A stretch of DNA of 64,000 bases from Armatimonadetes bacterium UBA1398 (lineage in GTDB: Bacteria; Armatimonadota; Zipacnadia; UBA1398). A program made the position numbers and the translations under genes. Of this stretch, positions 28,152 through 37,404 are shown piece after piece. The stretch's first letter is position 1, and every line of letters starts with the position of its first letter. The notes beneath the pieces were generated by a model. It searched no databases. It was given only the letters and a program-made list of their open reading frames with translations, and was not told where the DNA came from. The stretch lies in the NCBI GenBank assembly GCA_002305165.1, contig DBQI01000057.1, positions 42,101 to 106,100 of the forward strand, written 5' to 3'.

Positions 28152-29300
28152 ATGAAGATCAGACTCCTAATGCTGTCGAGCCTGTTGCTGATGGCGGCTG
28201 TGGCGGCTCCCTCTCAGGCGAGAGTGAAGCTCGTCCTGCTTCCCCAGCGCGAGAACGTGCGGATCAACTTCAGTGCGGGGCAATCGCTGATGGAGGAGGA
28301 ACGGGTCGTTGCTCTCGAGGAGGGCATCAACGAGGTGGAGATGGCCTGGGAGGGCCTCCCCATCGCCCCCCAGTCCATCCTCTTCAACCCGGTCGATGGC
28401 GCCGACATGCTGACCACACTGGCTATCTCCACCCCACCATCGGGCCAGAGCGCCTTGATCTGGTGGGTGCGAGCGACGGAGGCCGGCAACTACCGGCTTC
28501 GTATCAGTTATGCCCTCCACGGGGGCGTGACGGTGGAGAGAGTCGACTACGCCGCACGTGCGAACGTGGATGAGACGAGCGTCGATCTGACGGGCCGAGC
28601 GCGGCTGTACAACGCGAGTGGTATGGATCAGGACCCTCTGACCGTGGAGATGGGCGCCGCGCTCCCCATCTTCGCCCCCATCCAGCGTGACGAGCGCAAG
28701 GACCTCCTGATCCTCAATCAGGTCACCTACTCACTCACCAAGCGCTATGTGAGCGACCGGAACGTGGAGAACGGCCGGGTGCAGCTCGTGTACGAGTGGA
28801 CCGTTCCCGTGGAGGCAGGACCCCAGCTCGCAGGAAAGTCCCGGGCATTCCTGGCCACCGATGAAGAGGGTCAGAGCAAGCTCGATACCTTCCTGGGAGA
28901 GTCTCTCCTGCCTTACGTCGCGCGGGGCGAGGAGGCGAAGACCCTCGTCGGCTTCGCCAACAACGTCGAGGTGGAGCGCACCCTGATAGATGCCCGCGAC
29001 ACCGACGTGAAGTTCACCAATGTGCCCGAGGGCAGCGACAGGCAGCCTGAGCGGGTACTCTGGAACACCCGACGAACGTGGAGGGTGGATCTGAAGAACC
29101 ATACCCCGGACGATCTCGTCATCCGGCTCGTCGAGGTCGCCACGGGTCAGTGGAGCTTGGCGGGCGAGATTCAGCCTACCGAGGTCAAGAACGGCAACGT
29201 CTTCCACATCGATGTGCCCGTTGCGGCGGGCGAGGAAAAGACGATCGAGTACACGATCATCCAGGAGAACGTGGAGCCTGGTGATGCAGTGCTGCCTTGA
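28152..29300 (+). CDS. Secreted DUF4139-like protein, paralogue of the upstream gene
   Basis: Signal peptide; EEERVVALEEGINEV, ISY, FLGESLLPY and VAAGEEKTIEY motifs. Confidence 0.72.
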   Translation: MKIRLLMLSSLLLMAAVAAPSQARVKLVLLPQRENVRINFSAGQSLMEEERVVALEEGINEVEMAWEGLPIAPQSILFNPVDGADMLTTLAISTPPSGQSALIWWVRATEAGNYRLRISYALHGGVTVERVDYAARANVDETSVDLTGRARLYNASGMDQDPLTVEMGAALPIFAPIQRDERKDLLILNQVTYSLTKRYVSDRNVENGRVQLVYEWTVPVEAGPQLAGKSRAFLATDEEGQSKLDTFLGESLLPYVARGEEAKTLVGFANNVEVERTLIDARDTDVKFTNVPEGSDRQPERVLWNTRRTWRVDLKNHTPDDLVIRLVEVATGQWSLAGEIQPTEVKNGNVFHIDVPVAAGEEKTIEYTIIQENVEPGDAVLP

Positions 29301-29317
29301 TAGGCATCGGCACGTCG

Positions 29318-29356
29318 CATCCCTCCCCTGGCGCCACCTGCGCCGGGGGAGGGATG
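29318..29356 (+). terminator. 17-bp stem-loop after the DUF4139 pair
   Basis: CATCCCTCCCCTGGCGC-cacct-GCGCCGGGGGAGGGATG (one G-U pair); no U-tract. Confidence 0.55.
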
Positions 29357-29427
29357 ACCCTCCGCCCCGCGCCCGCCCGTCACCGTTGCTTGGTGTAGAA
29401 TGGGCCCACGTTGGAGGAGGCGGCGCG

Positions 29428-30009
29428 TTGAAGGTCGTCCTTGGTGTCAGTGGCGCGAGCGGCGCCCTGTTCGGCGCCGAGATGCTGCGCGCCCTGGTGT
29501 GCCACCGGGTGGACGTCGACCTGATCTGCTCCCCAGTGGCGGAGCAGGTGGCCCAGCAGGAGCTGGGCGAGGGTATCAGTGCCCGCGTCGCCCGGATCCT
29601 CCGCGAGACGGGGAGCCCGGCCTCGGTCCGGGCCCTCGATTACGAGGACTTCGGCGCCGCGCCCTCGTCGGGGTCCTACTTGCACCACGGGATGCTGATC
29701 ATGCCCTGTTCCATGGCGACCGTGGGGCGAATCGCGACCGGCTCCGCCCCCAACCTCATCTGCCGAGCCGCTGACGTCTGCCTCAAGGAGCGGCGCCCCC
29801 TGATCCTGGGCGTCCGCGAGACCCCTCTCTCGACCATTCATCTCAGGAACCTCACGGCCCTGTCTGAAGCGGGCGCCATCATCGCCCCGGCGGCGCCGTC
29901 TTTCTACGGGAACCCCGAGTCGATCATCGCGATGGTCAGGATCTACTGCGGTCGCATGCTCGACATCCTCGGGATCGAGAACGAGTGGGCCTACCGATGG
30001 AGCCGGTAG
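29428..30009 (+). CDS. ubiX: Flavin prenyltransferase UbiX
   Basis: GVSGASG, SSGS, PCSM, RAADVCLKERR, RETP and PSFY motifs; TTG start follows GGAGG. Confidence 0.93.
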   Translation: MKVVLGVSGASGALFGAEMLRALVCHRVDVDLICSPVAEQVAQQELGEGISARVARILRETGSPASVRALDYEDFGAAPSSGSYLHHGMLIMPCSMATVGRIATGSAPNLICRAADVCLKERRPLILGVRETPLSTIHLRNLTALSEAGAIIAPAAPSFYGNPESIIAMVRIYCGRMLDILGIENEWAYRWSR

Positions 30010-30887
30010 GAGCGAAGGGCGAGGGGCCACTCGACCGGCTTCTCCTGATTCTCGAGAACATCAGGTTCGCGCACACGATCTTCGCCCTACCCTTCTGTCT
30101 CATGGCGTTCGCCTACGCGTCCTACCCGCGCCCCAGCTTGTCGGATTTGCTGCTCGTGCTCCTGGCCATGGTCTTCGCGCGCACGGCGGCCATGTCGTAC
30201 AACCGCTATGTGGACGCCGATGTGGATGCCCGGAACCCGCGAACCCGCAACAGGCCGATCCCGTCGGGTCGCCTCAGCCGACGGGCGGTCCTGGCCTGGA
30301 CCGTCGGTTCGTCCGCCCTGTTCATTATCGTGGCGGGCCTGATCAACCTTTGGGCTCTGTGCCTGTCTCCTGTTGCTCTCTTGATCGTCTTGAGCTACTC
30401 CCACGCAAAGCGCTTCACGTCTCTCTCTCATCTGTGGCTCGGCCTGTCGCTGGGAGTCGCCCCCTTAGGCGGGTGGATCGCCGCGGATCAGCTCCCATGG
30501 AGCCCCGTGCCTTGGCTGATATCGGCGGCGGTGCTGTTCTGGGTCGCCGGCTTCGACATCATCTACGCGACCCAGGACGAGGCTTTCGATCGGCAGGCGG
30601 GGCTGCATTCGCTGGTGACGCGGCTCGGGCTGGTGGGTGCCCTGCGGCTGTCGAAAGCGCTGCATGCGGCGTCCGTTGTCTGTCTGGTCGCTCTCGGCCT
30701 AGTCGCGCCCCTGCTGGGTCCAGTCTACTATATGGGCGTAGGGGTTGCGGCCGCGTGCCTATTGTATGAGCAGAATCTAGTCCGGCCCGGTGACCTCTCC
30801 CAGGTCAACGTGGCATTCAACTCGATGAACGGCATCGTCGGTATCGTGCTCTGTATCGCCACGATCACCGACATCTACTGGTGGTGA
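29985..30887 (+). CDS. UbiA-like polyprenyltransferase (MqnP type)
   Basis: HTIFALPF, NRYVDADVDARNPRT and GFDIIYATQD motifs. Confidence 0.9.
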   Translation: MGLPMEPVGAKGEGPLDRLLLILENIRFAHTIFALPFCLMAFAYASYPRPSLSDLLLVLLAMVFARTAAMSYNRYVDADVDARNPRTRNRPIPSGRLSRRAVLAWTVGSSALFIIVAGLINLWALCLSPVALLIVLSYSHAKRFTSLSHLWLGLSLGVAPLGGWIAADQLPWSPVPWLISAAVLFWVAGFDIIYATQDEAFDRQAGLHSLVTRLGLVGALRLSKALHAASVVCLVALGLVAPLLGPVYYMGVGVAAACLLYEQNLVRPGDLSQVNVAFNSMNGIVGIVLCIATITDIYWW

Positions 30888-31999
30888 TCCAAGCGATGGC
30901 AACGCGTCCCCTGACCGAGGACGTCGCAGACCTGGAGGCCAAGGTGTCCAGGGGCGAGCGACTGTCAGGCGAGGAACTGGTACGGCTCTTCCGCTCTCCC
31001 GACATCCTGGCGGTAGGGCGGATGGCGACGATGGTGAGGGAGCGCAAGAACGGCAATCGGACCTACTTCATCGTCAACGCCCACATCAACCCGACGAATC
31101 TCTGCACGAACCGCTGCCGTTTCTGCGCCTTCCAACGCCAGCCCGGCCAGGATGGCGCCTACGAGATGGACCTGGCGGAGATCCAACGGCGCGCCAGAGC
31201 CCTTCGTGACCGCCCCATCGGCGAGGTCCACATAGTGGGCGGACTGCATCCCGAGTGGCCCTACGAGCGCTACCTGGACATCCTACGCGTGGTCCATGAT
31301 GAGCTCCCGACGGTCCACATTCAGGCCTACACGGCTGTGGAGGTCGAGTACATCGCCCGGCAGGGCGGTGTCACCGTGGAGCGAGCGCTGCGCGATATGG
31401 TCGATGCCGGCCTCGGCAGCCTTCCGGGCGGCGGAGCCGAGGTTTTCGCGGCCCGGATCCGCGCCCTTCTGTGCCCCAACAAGCTCGCACCGGACGGATG
31501 GCTCGACGTCCACCGCATCGCGCATGGGCTCGGGGTTCGCTCGAACGCCACGATGCTCTATGGCCATGTGGAGACGGTGGAGGAGCGTGTCGATCATCTC
31601 CTCCGATTGCGGTCTCTGCAGGATGAGACGGGCGGGTTCCTCGCCTTCATTCCCTTGTCATACCACCCCCACAACACGGAACTGGGGGGCCACCGAACGT
31701 CAGGCTACGAGGACCTTCGGACCCTCGCCGTGGCTCGGGTGGCCCTCGACAACTTCGACCACATCAAGGGCTTCTGGATCATGTTGGGCCTGAAGATGGC
31801 CCAGGTCAGTCAGGCCTTTGGCGTCGATGACATCGATGGCACGGTTATGGAGGAGCGGATCACCCACGCGGCCGGGGCGGAGACCCCGGAGGCCTTGGCC
31901 CGCGAGGAGCTGGTAGGGCTCATCCATGAGGCTGGCCGCGACGCCGTCGAGCGCGACACCCTCTACAACGTGGTGAGGGAGGAGGCGGTGAGTGCGTGA
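30881..31999 (+). CDS. mqnE: Aminofutalosine synthase (radical SAM)
   Basis: HINPTNLCTNRCRFC, EVHIVGGLHP, NATMLYGH and DDIDGTVMEERI motifs. Confidence 0.9.
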   Translation: MVIQAMATRPLTEDVADLEAKVSRGERLSGEELVRLFRSPDILAVGRMATMVRERKNGNRTYFIVNAHINPTNLCTNRCRFCAFQRQPGQDGAYEMDLAEIQRRARALRDRPIGEVHIVGGLHPEWPYERYLDILRVVHDELPTVHIQAYTAVEVEYIARQGGVTVERALRDMVDAGLGSLPGGGAEVFAARIRALLCPNKLAPDGWLDVHRIAHGLGVRSNATMLYGHVETVEERVDHLLRLRSLQDETGGFLAFIPLSYHPHNTELGGHRTSGYEDLRTLAVARVALDNFDHIKGFWIMLGLKMAQVSQAFGVDDIDGTVMEERITHAAGAETPEALAREELVGLIHEAGRDAVERDTLYNVVREEAVSA

Positions 32000-32826
32000 G
32001 TAGCCCCACGCTGCGCATCGGGATCATGCCGTACCTGCTCGGCCGGCCTCTCCTCAGGGGGCTGATCGCGGACGGCCCGCCGGACGTGGAGGTCGTACAG
32101 GCCGTTCCGTCATCCATCGGGCAGTCCCTGATAGAGGGCAACCTGGACGCTGCCCTGGGCCCCATCGCCATGACCCTGGCACACCCGGAGCTGCGCGTTA
32201 TCCCCGGTCTCGGCGTGGCATGCGACGGGCCCGTGGCGAGCATCAAGCTCTTCCATCGCGTTCCCCTCGCGGACCTCCGGCGCGTCGCGCTCGACACGAG
32301 CTCCCGCAGCAGCGCCTTGCTTGCCAAGATCATCCTGCAGAGGTTCGAGGGCGCCTCTCCGGAGTTCGTGACCGCCCCGCCGGATCTAGAGGCGATGCTG
32401 GCTGTCGCCGATGGAGCGCTCCTCATAGGCGACAACGCCCTCGTCGCGGAGTTGCGGCCGCCCGAAGGCGGGCTTCCCCCGTGGCAGGATCTGGGCGAGC
32501 GCTGGAAGCGCGAGACGGGCCTGGGCTTCGTCTTCGCCATGTGGGCCTACCGTTCGGACCTCGACCGCGGCCGAGCCAGGCGCTTGGCGGAAGTCCTCTA
32601 TGCCTCCCTTGCGCGGGGCGAGGCGGACATGGAACGGGTTGCGGACGAGGATGGCCGTGTCCGTGGGATCCCCCGGGAGATGGCCTATCGCTACCTCACG
32701 GAGAACATCCGGTACCGACTCCAGGAGGTGAACCTCGCCGGCTTGGCGCGTTACGTGGAGTTGGCCGTGGAGCTGGGTTTGCTGCCCGAGGACACCGTCG
32801 TTCCCGAGGGAGCGCGGATGGCATGA
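31996..32826 (+). CDS. mqnA: Chorismate dehydratase
   Basis: PYL, GPVASI, SSRSS, LLIGDNAL and DLGERWKRETGLGFVFAMW motifs. Confidence 0.9.
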   Translation: MSSPTLRIGIMPYLLGRPLLRGLIADGPPDVEVVQAVPSSIGQSLIEGNLDAALGPIAMTLAHPELRVIPGLGVACDGPVASIKLFHRVPLADLRRVALDTSSRSSALLAKIILQRFEGASPEFVTAPPDLEAMLAVADGALLIGDNALVAELRPPEGGLPPWQDLGERWKRETGLGFVFAMWAYRSDLDRGRARRLAEVLYASLARGEADMERVADEDGRVRGIPREMAYRYLTENIRYRLQEVNLAGLARYVELAVELGLLPEDTVVPEGARMA

Positions 32827-33899
32827 GCGAGGCCATACCCCGCGAGCTGCTCGCTTCAGCCACCAGGGGGCGCCGCCTGACGGTGGCGGAGGCGGCCCTG
32901 CTTCTGGAGCGAGCTGACCTGCTGGAACTGGCCGATGCGGCGGACGCGGTACGGTTTCGTTTCCATCCGGAGCTCGATGTCACCTATGTGGTCGATCGCA
33001 ATATCAACTACACGAACATCTGTGGCTCACGTTGTCGCTTCTGCGCCTTCTGGCGCGAGCCTGATGCGCCCGATGCCTACGTTCTGCAGACCGAGGAGGT
33101 CATTCGCAAGGTCCGCGAGCTCGTCGATGCGGGCGGCACCCAGGTCCTCATGCAGGGCGGCCTCCATCCCGGGCTGAGCCTGGAGTGGATATGCGGGCTC
33201 CTCTCCGCCATTCGCGCCGAGTTCCCCAACGTTGACCTGCACTCGCTGTCGCCGCCGGAGGTGTACCACTTCGCCGGGGGCGCCGGCCTCTCGGTCGGGG
33301 AGACGTTGGTCGCTTTGAAGGAGTCGGGGCTCTCGTCCCTGCCAGGCGGAGGCGCGGAGATCCTCGTCGATGACGTCCGCGAAGCGGTGAGTCCCGCCAA
33401 GTGCACGGTGGAGCAGTGGCTGGAGGTCATGGAGGCTGCCCACGGGATCGGTCTACGGACCACGGCAACGATGATGTTTGGCCACCTGGACTCCGCGCGG
33501 GATCGCGCCGAACACATGCTGCGGATCCGCGACCTGCAGGATGCGACGGGTGGGTTCACCGCCTTCATCCCGTGGACGTTCCAGGCCCGCAATACGGACC
33601 TACAAGGGACCCGTCCCCTTGGCGGACACGCCTATCTGAAGACGTTGGCCGTGTCGCGGCTCGTGCTGGACAACGTGCCGAACATCCAAGCCTCCTGGGT
33701 GACCCAGGGCGCCAAGATCGCGCAGCTCGCGTTGCGCTTCGGGGCCAATGACCTGGGCGGCACTATGATGGAGGAGAATGTCGTCGCCGCGGCGGGATGC
33801 CGGTTTCGGATCGACGTAGAGGAGCTCCGCCAGCTTGCCGCCGAGGCCGGCTTCACCCTCCGCCAGCGACGCACGGACTACTCGCCTGCCGCCCCGTGA
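32823..33899 (+). CDS. mqnC: Cyclic dehypoxanthine futalosine synthase (radical SAM)
   Basis: DRNINYTNICGSRCRFC, MQGGLHP, TATMMFGH, QASWVTQG and MMEENVV motifs. Confidence 0.92.
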   Translation: MSEAIPRELLASATRGRRLTVAEAALLLERADLLELADAADAVRFRFHPELDVTYVVDRNINYTNICGSRCRFCAFWREPDAPDAYVLQTEEVIRKVRELVDAGGTQVLMQGGLHPGLSLEWICGLLSAIRAEFPNVDLHSLSPPEVYHFAGGAGLSVGETLVALKESGLSSLPGGGAEILVDDVREAVSPAKCTVEQWLEVMEAAHGIGLRTTATMMFGHLDSARDRAEHMLRIRDLQDATGGFTAFIPWTFQARNTDLQGTRPLGGHAYLKTLAVSRLVLDNVPNIQASWVTQGAKIAQLALRFGANDLGGTMMEENVVAAAGCRFRIDVEELRQLAAEAGFTLRQRRTDYSPAAP

Positions 33900-35662
33900 T
33901 CACTCGGGGCGCTCCGGCTGTACCCCTGGCTCTCCAGCCACTCGGCATTCGCGCGCCAGCGCCCGACGACGGCGACAGCGGCCGCCACACAGAGACCTAA
34001 CGCGACCGCCATGGCGAGCATGTGGGGGTGGATCGACACTGGCCCGACATCGATCCAGGCCGAGGCGCTGGCGGACACCATGGTCGAGGTGTGGAGCAGC
34101 ACCGGATGGGACAGTGGGCTCAGAGCCGCCGCATAGAGCGCTACGGTTACGAGGGTACCGGCGGCCTGTATGTTGCGGAAGCTCAGGGGCCCGTAGATCA
34201 TCGCCGCCAACGCCAGCACGACGAGCGGCCAGGCGATGAGGGGCACGACGCGGCCTCCCGCCGCATTCCGTCGAGGGTTCGGCGCCGCCGGGTAGCGTGC
34301 GTTGGCCCAGATCGACACGAGGGCCGCATAGAGAACGGTCAACCCCTGCGGCAGGTACAGAGCCATCAGGTAGGACGAGCTGAGTCCTCGCGGCACGGCC
34401 ACCCCACTAATCAGCCAGCTGCCCACGAACGGCATGGCAGCCGCCATGGCCCATACCAGAAGACCGAGGGCCAGGCCCGACTCGGGCTCCGGCTTCAAAA
34501 CGCGCCAGAAGCTCAGCATACGCGCCGTCACCCTACTGAGGGGACGGCGCCAGAGGTCGGGGCAATCCACCACTCCGGCCTGCATGGCGGCTATGGCGCC
34601 GCCGGCCGCGGCGAGGACGCCGAGCATCAGTAAGACGTTGGCTCCGCTCCACATGGCGCCGACATGAGGCCCCGCCATGAGGCCCGGCATGACCCCCGCG
34701 TGGATAGCACCCAGGACGACCGCCCAGCAGAGCAGACCCAGCAGCCGCCGTGCGATGAAGTGCCTCGGCCGGGTGAGGCCGAGGCGGCAGCCCGCCACCA
34801 GGGTCATGTAGGCGCCAAGAAGCCCCCAGATGACCACGCCCGGCACCCAGAAGGGGATCGGTCGCGCGAATGCCTGACAGACTGCCTGGGTGGAGGAGAG
34901 CATTCCCATCCCCCAGGTAGTAGGGAACAGATACATGTACGGGCCCGATGTCCAGGGCGGCGCTCCTCCCCACCCCGCGCCGGGCATTACTCCCAAGGAT
35001 GCGGTGGCGAGCATCGCGTTGGCCGCCAGGCCGGCGAATAGGCAGCTCATGTAGGCTACCAGGGTTGCGATGATGGCCGCTGGCGATGAGCGCGAGACGG
35101 TGGACATGAGCAATCCGAAGGTCGCGGTGATGCCACAGAAGATGGCGAGCCCAACGTAGAGCTGCAGAACTGACGTGACTTCGACCCCGCCGCCTACCAT
35201 GCAGAGCACCGCATAGGGAGCCGAGGTGACCGCCACGAGCATGGTGAGGCCCCATGGCACTGCCAGCTTGCCCAAGGCGATCTCGACGCCACGCAGGGGA
35301 GTCAGCTGGACGAGATCGAAGGTCTGGCGCTCGCGCTCGGAGGTCACACTCGCTGCCGTGAGCACGGCGGAGACGATGGGGGCGAGGACGAGTTGGGTGT
35401 AGACCAGGTACGGGAAGATGGACCTCCCAGCTGGCATCTCGTCGGAGGACCGCCTTACATACACCGCGACCGCGATGAGCCCGATCCCGATCACGATGCC
35501 GTGGTAGACCAAGAGGAGAACGGGAAACCGTAGGCCGCGTACGCGCGACCTGAGGTCGCGCACGGCGTAGGGGTTGGTCGCCACGCTCAGGTCGTCGGCC
35601 CAGCCCCCGAGCAACCTCGGGAGGACCCTCGTCAGTCTGCCGCGCGCTCGCGCCGGGGCCAT
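33878..35662 (-). CDS. ABC-2 type permease, long form
   Basis: NPYAVRDLRSRVRG and SERERQTFDLVQLTPL...IALGKL motifs; many TM helices. Confidence 0.85.
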   Translation of the reverse strand: MAPARARGRLTRVLPRLLGGWADDLSVATNPYAVRDLRSRVRGLRFPVLLLVYHGIVIGIGLIAVAVYVRRSSDEMPAGRSIFPYLVYTQLVLAPIVSAVLTAASVTSERERQTFDLVQLTPLRGVEIALGKLAVPWGLTMLVAVTSAPYAVLCMVGGGVEVTSVLQLYVGLAIFCGITATFGLLMSTVSRSSPAAIIATLVAYMSCLFAGLAANAMLATASLGVMPGAGWGGAPPWTSGPYMYLFPTTWGMGMLSSTQAVCQAFARPIPFWVPGVVIWGLLGAYMTLVAGCRLGLTRPRHFIARRLLGLLCWAVVLGAIHAGVMPGLMAGPHVGAMWSGANVLLMLGVLAAAGGAIAAMQAGVVDCPDLWRRPLSRVTARMLSFWRVLKPEPESGLALGLLVWAMAAAMPFVGSWLISGVAVPRGLSSSYLMALYLPQGLTVLYAALVSIWANARYPAAPNPRRNAAGGRVVPLIAWPLVVLALAAMIYGPLSFRNIQAAGTLVTVALYAAALSPLSHPVLLHTSTMVSASASAWIDVGPVSIHPHMLAMAVALGLCVAAAVAVVGRWRANAEWLESQGYSRSAPSDHGAAGE

Positions 35663-35685
35663 GGGAGCCAGCTCCTATAGGAGGC

Positions 35686-37404
35686 CTAGCCGACGGCCCC
35701 GGGCGGACCGGAAGTCAGCACCGTCCGCGCAGCCGCGGAGGTTGCGCATCCGGCGTCCGCTTCGTTCCAGTCCAGAGGAGTCTCCTCGGGACCCTCGGGG
35801 ACACCCGCGTCGAGGGCCATCGAATCGACAACTCGTCGCAGGGCGGCAAAGGCCGCGGCGCGCCACTGCTCGGGTGCACCTTCATCCTGGGCCAGCGCCT
35901 CGGCCCCGCGCACCATCGCCGTCAAAGCCCGTTGCGTCCACGTCCGGTCGCCGGTCAGCTCCGCGTGCCTCGCCAGCGCCAGAAGCGCCAGCGCCTGGGA
36001 GTTACTCTGCCCCATGGGGTCGGGCCAGACCCCGTCCTCGCGCTGCGCGTACTCAGCTAGCTCCGCCGGCGGGTCGGTAGCCCAAAGGAGCCTCAGCAGC
36101 GACCTCGCCGCGGTGTGAGCTCCCGTTTCATCGAGCGCCAGCGCCGTGATGGCTTGCCGTCCGAGGGCGTACCGTAGGTCCGCGGCGCCAGGCTCGGGCA
36201 AGGCCACCTGCATAAGGTCATACTGCCCGACGGACATCGCGAGGCGCGCCAGGGCTTGCATCCCCTCGTCGTTGAGGGCGGCGTCGGGCGTTCCTAGCCA
36301 ATCGGCCCAGACCTCCCGCGCCGCGCGGCGCAGGTCGCTAGTGGTGGGCGGATCCTCTCTCCATGCCGGCAGGCTTGTGCCGGGCGCCGCAACCAGGAAC
36401 AGCAGCTCCCGCGTCTCGCCGGGCGCCAGGGTTACCAGGCACGCGAGGTCTCCACCCTCATACAGGTCTTGGTCAGCATCGCCGCCCACGTCAACCTGGT
36501 ACTCGGCGATGTCGTTGAGGGCGCCCGTCACGACCTCATCGGAGTCCACGTAATCACCGGTCGGAAAGAGCCATATCGCGTTGAGGATGGGGTTCAGATC
36601 CGGTGAGCCCTCGACGGGTGCAGCGACCACACGCAGCACCCCATCGCCGTTACGGTCTCGGCCAGCGAAGTGGAGGACTCCGACACCATCGGCGCCCCAC
36701 TCCGCCACGGGGTCGACAACCTCCCGCTCGGCGCCCTCGACAAACAGGGCTACGGGCCTCTGTCCTGGCACGCGCCAGTGGCTCTCGCAGATGCCGAGCA
36801 GCACCTGGTGCTCGCTGCCAGGCTTGACGTCGAACTCGTAGATGACGGGCACACCGCCCATGCCGGCGCGGATGTTGCGGAAGGCTGGGTCACAGTCGCG
36901 ATTGGGGGTGGCCCATCCGGGCATCCTCGGCGAGCCTGTGGCGCACCCCCAGGCGCGGCGCGCGCGCTGGAACTCGAGGCCCTCGGGCAGCCGCGCGATG
37001 GAGCGTGAGCCGACGACAGCCTCAGGCTCACCCCACGAGACGCCCTCGGGTCCGATAATCGAGAGCTCGGCTCGCGCCGTTTCGCTGTCCGTGTTCCTGA
37101 CAACTACCTCCAGCACATCGAGCCCCGACGGCCACAGGGGTGACCGGTAGGCGGTGGTCGTCATGGCGACCGCGCTGGCGCGGCAACTGGTGGTCGCCAT
37201 GGGGCTGGGGTCGTGTAGACACTGCTGGTCGAACGTCCCATCGGCTCCCACTAGCCGGACACCGAAGGCGCCGAAGTCGGACACGATGAGGCCTTCGTCG
37301 TTCACCGTAGACGGTGCGGCGTAGGGTGCCCCAATGATCACATCGGATAGCGCTGGAGCCACCAATAGCATGGCGGCAAGTAGGGTCAAGCAGACGCGAC
37401 TCAT
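35686..37404 (-). CDS. Secreted malectin-like domain protein with a degenerate partial (alpha/alpha) glycosidase-like domain
   Basis: Signal peptide; YEFDV...CESHW...GQR...VEG...NPILNAI; C-terminal QREDG...HAELTGD. Confidence 0.62.
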   Translation of the reverse strand: MSRVCLTLLAAMLLVAPALSDVIIGAPYAAPSTVNDEGLIVSDFGAFGVRLVGADGTFDQQCLHDPSPMATTSCRASAVAMTTTAYRSPLWPSGLDVLEVVVRNTDSETARAELSIIGPEGVSWGEPEAVVGSRSIARLPEGLEFQRARRAWGCATGSPRMPGWATPNRDCDPAFRNIRAGMGGVPVIYEFDVKPGSEHQVLLGICESHWRVPGQRPVALFVEGAEREVVDPVAEWGADGVGVLHFAGRDRNGDGVLRVVAAPVEGSPDLNPILNAIWLFPTGDYVDSDEVVTGALNDIAEYQVDVGGDADQDLYEGGDLACLVTLAPGETRELLFLVAAPGTSLPAWREDPPTTSDLRRAAREVWADWLGTPDAALNDEGMQALARLAMSVGQYDLMQVALPEPGAADLRYALGRQAITALALDETGAHTAARSLLRLLWATDPPAELAEYAQREDGVWPDPMGQSNSQALALLALARHAELTGDRTWTQRALTAMVRGAEALAQDEGAPEQWRAAAFAALRRVVDSMALDAGVPEGPEETPLDWNEADAGCATSAAARTVLTSGPPGAVG

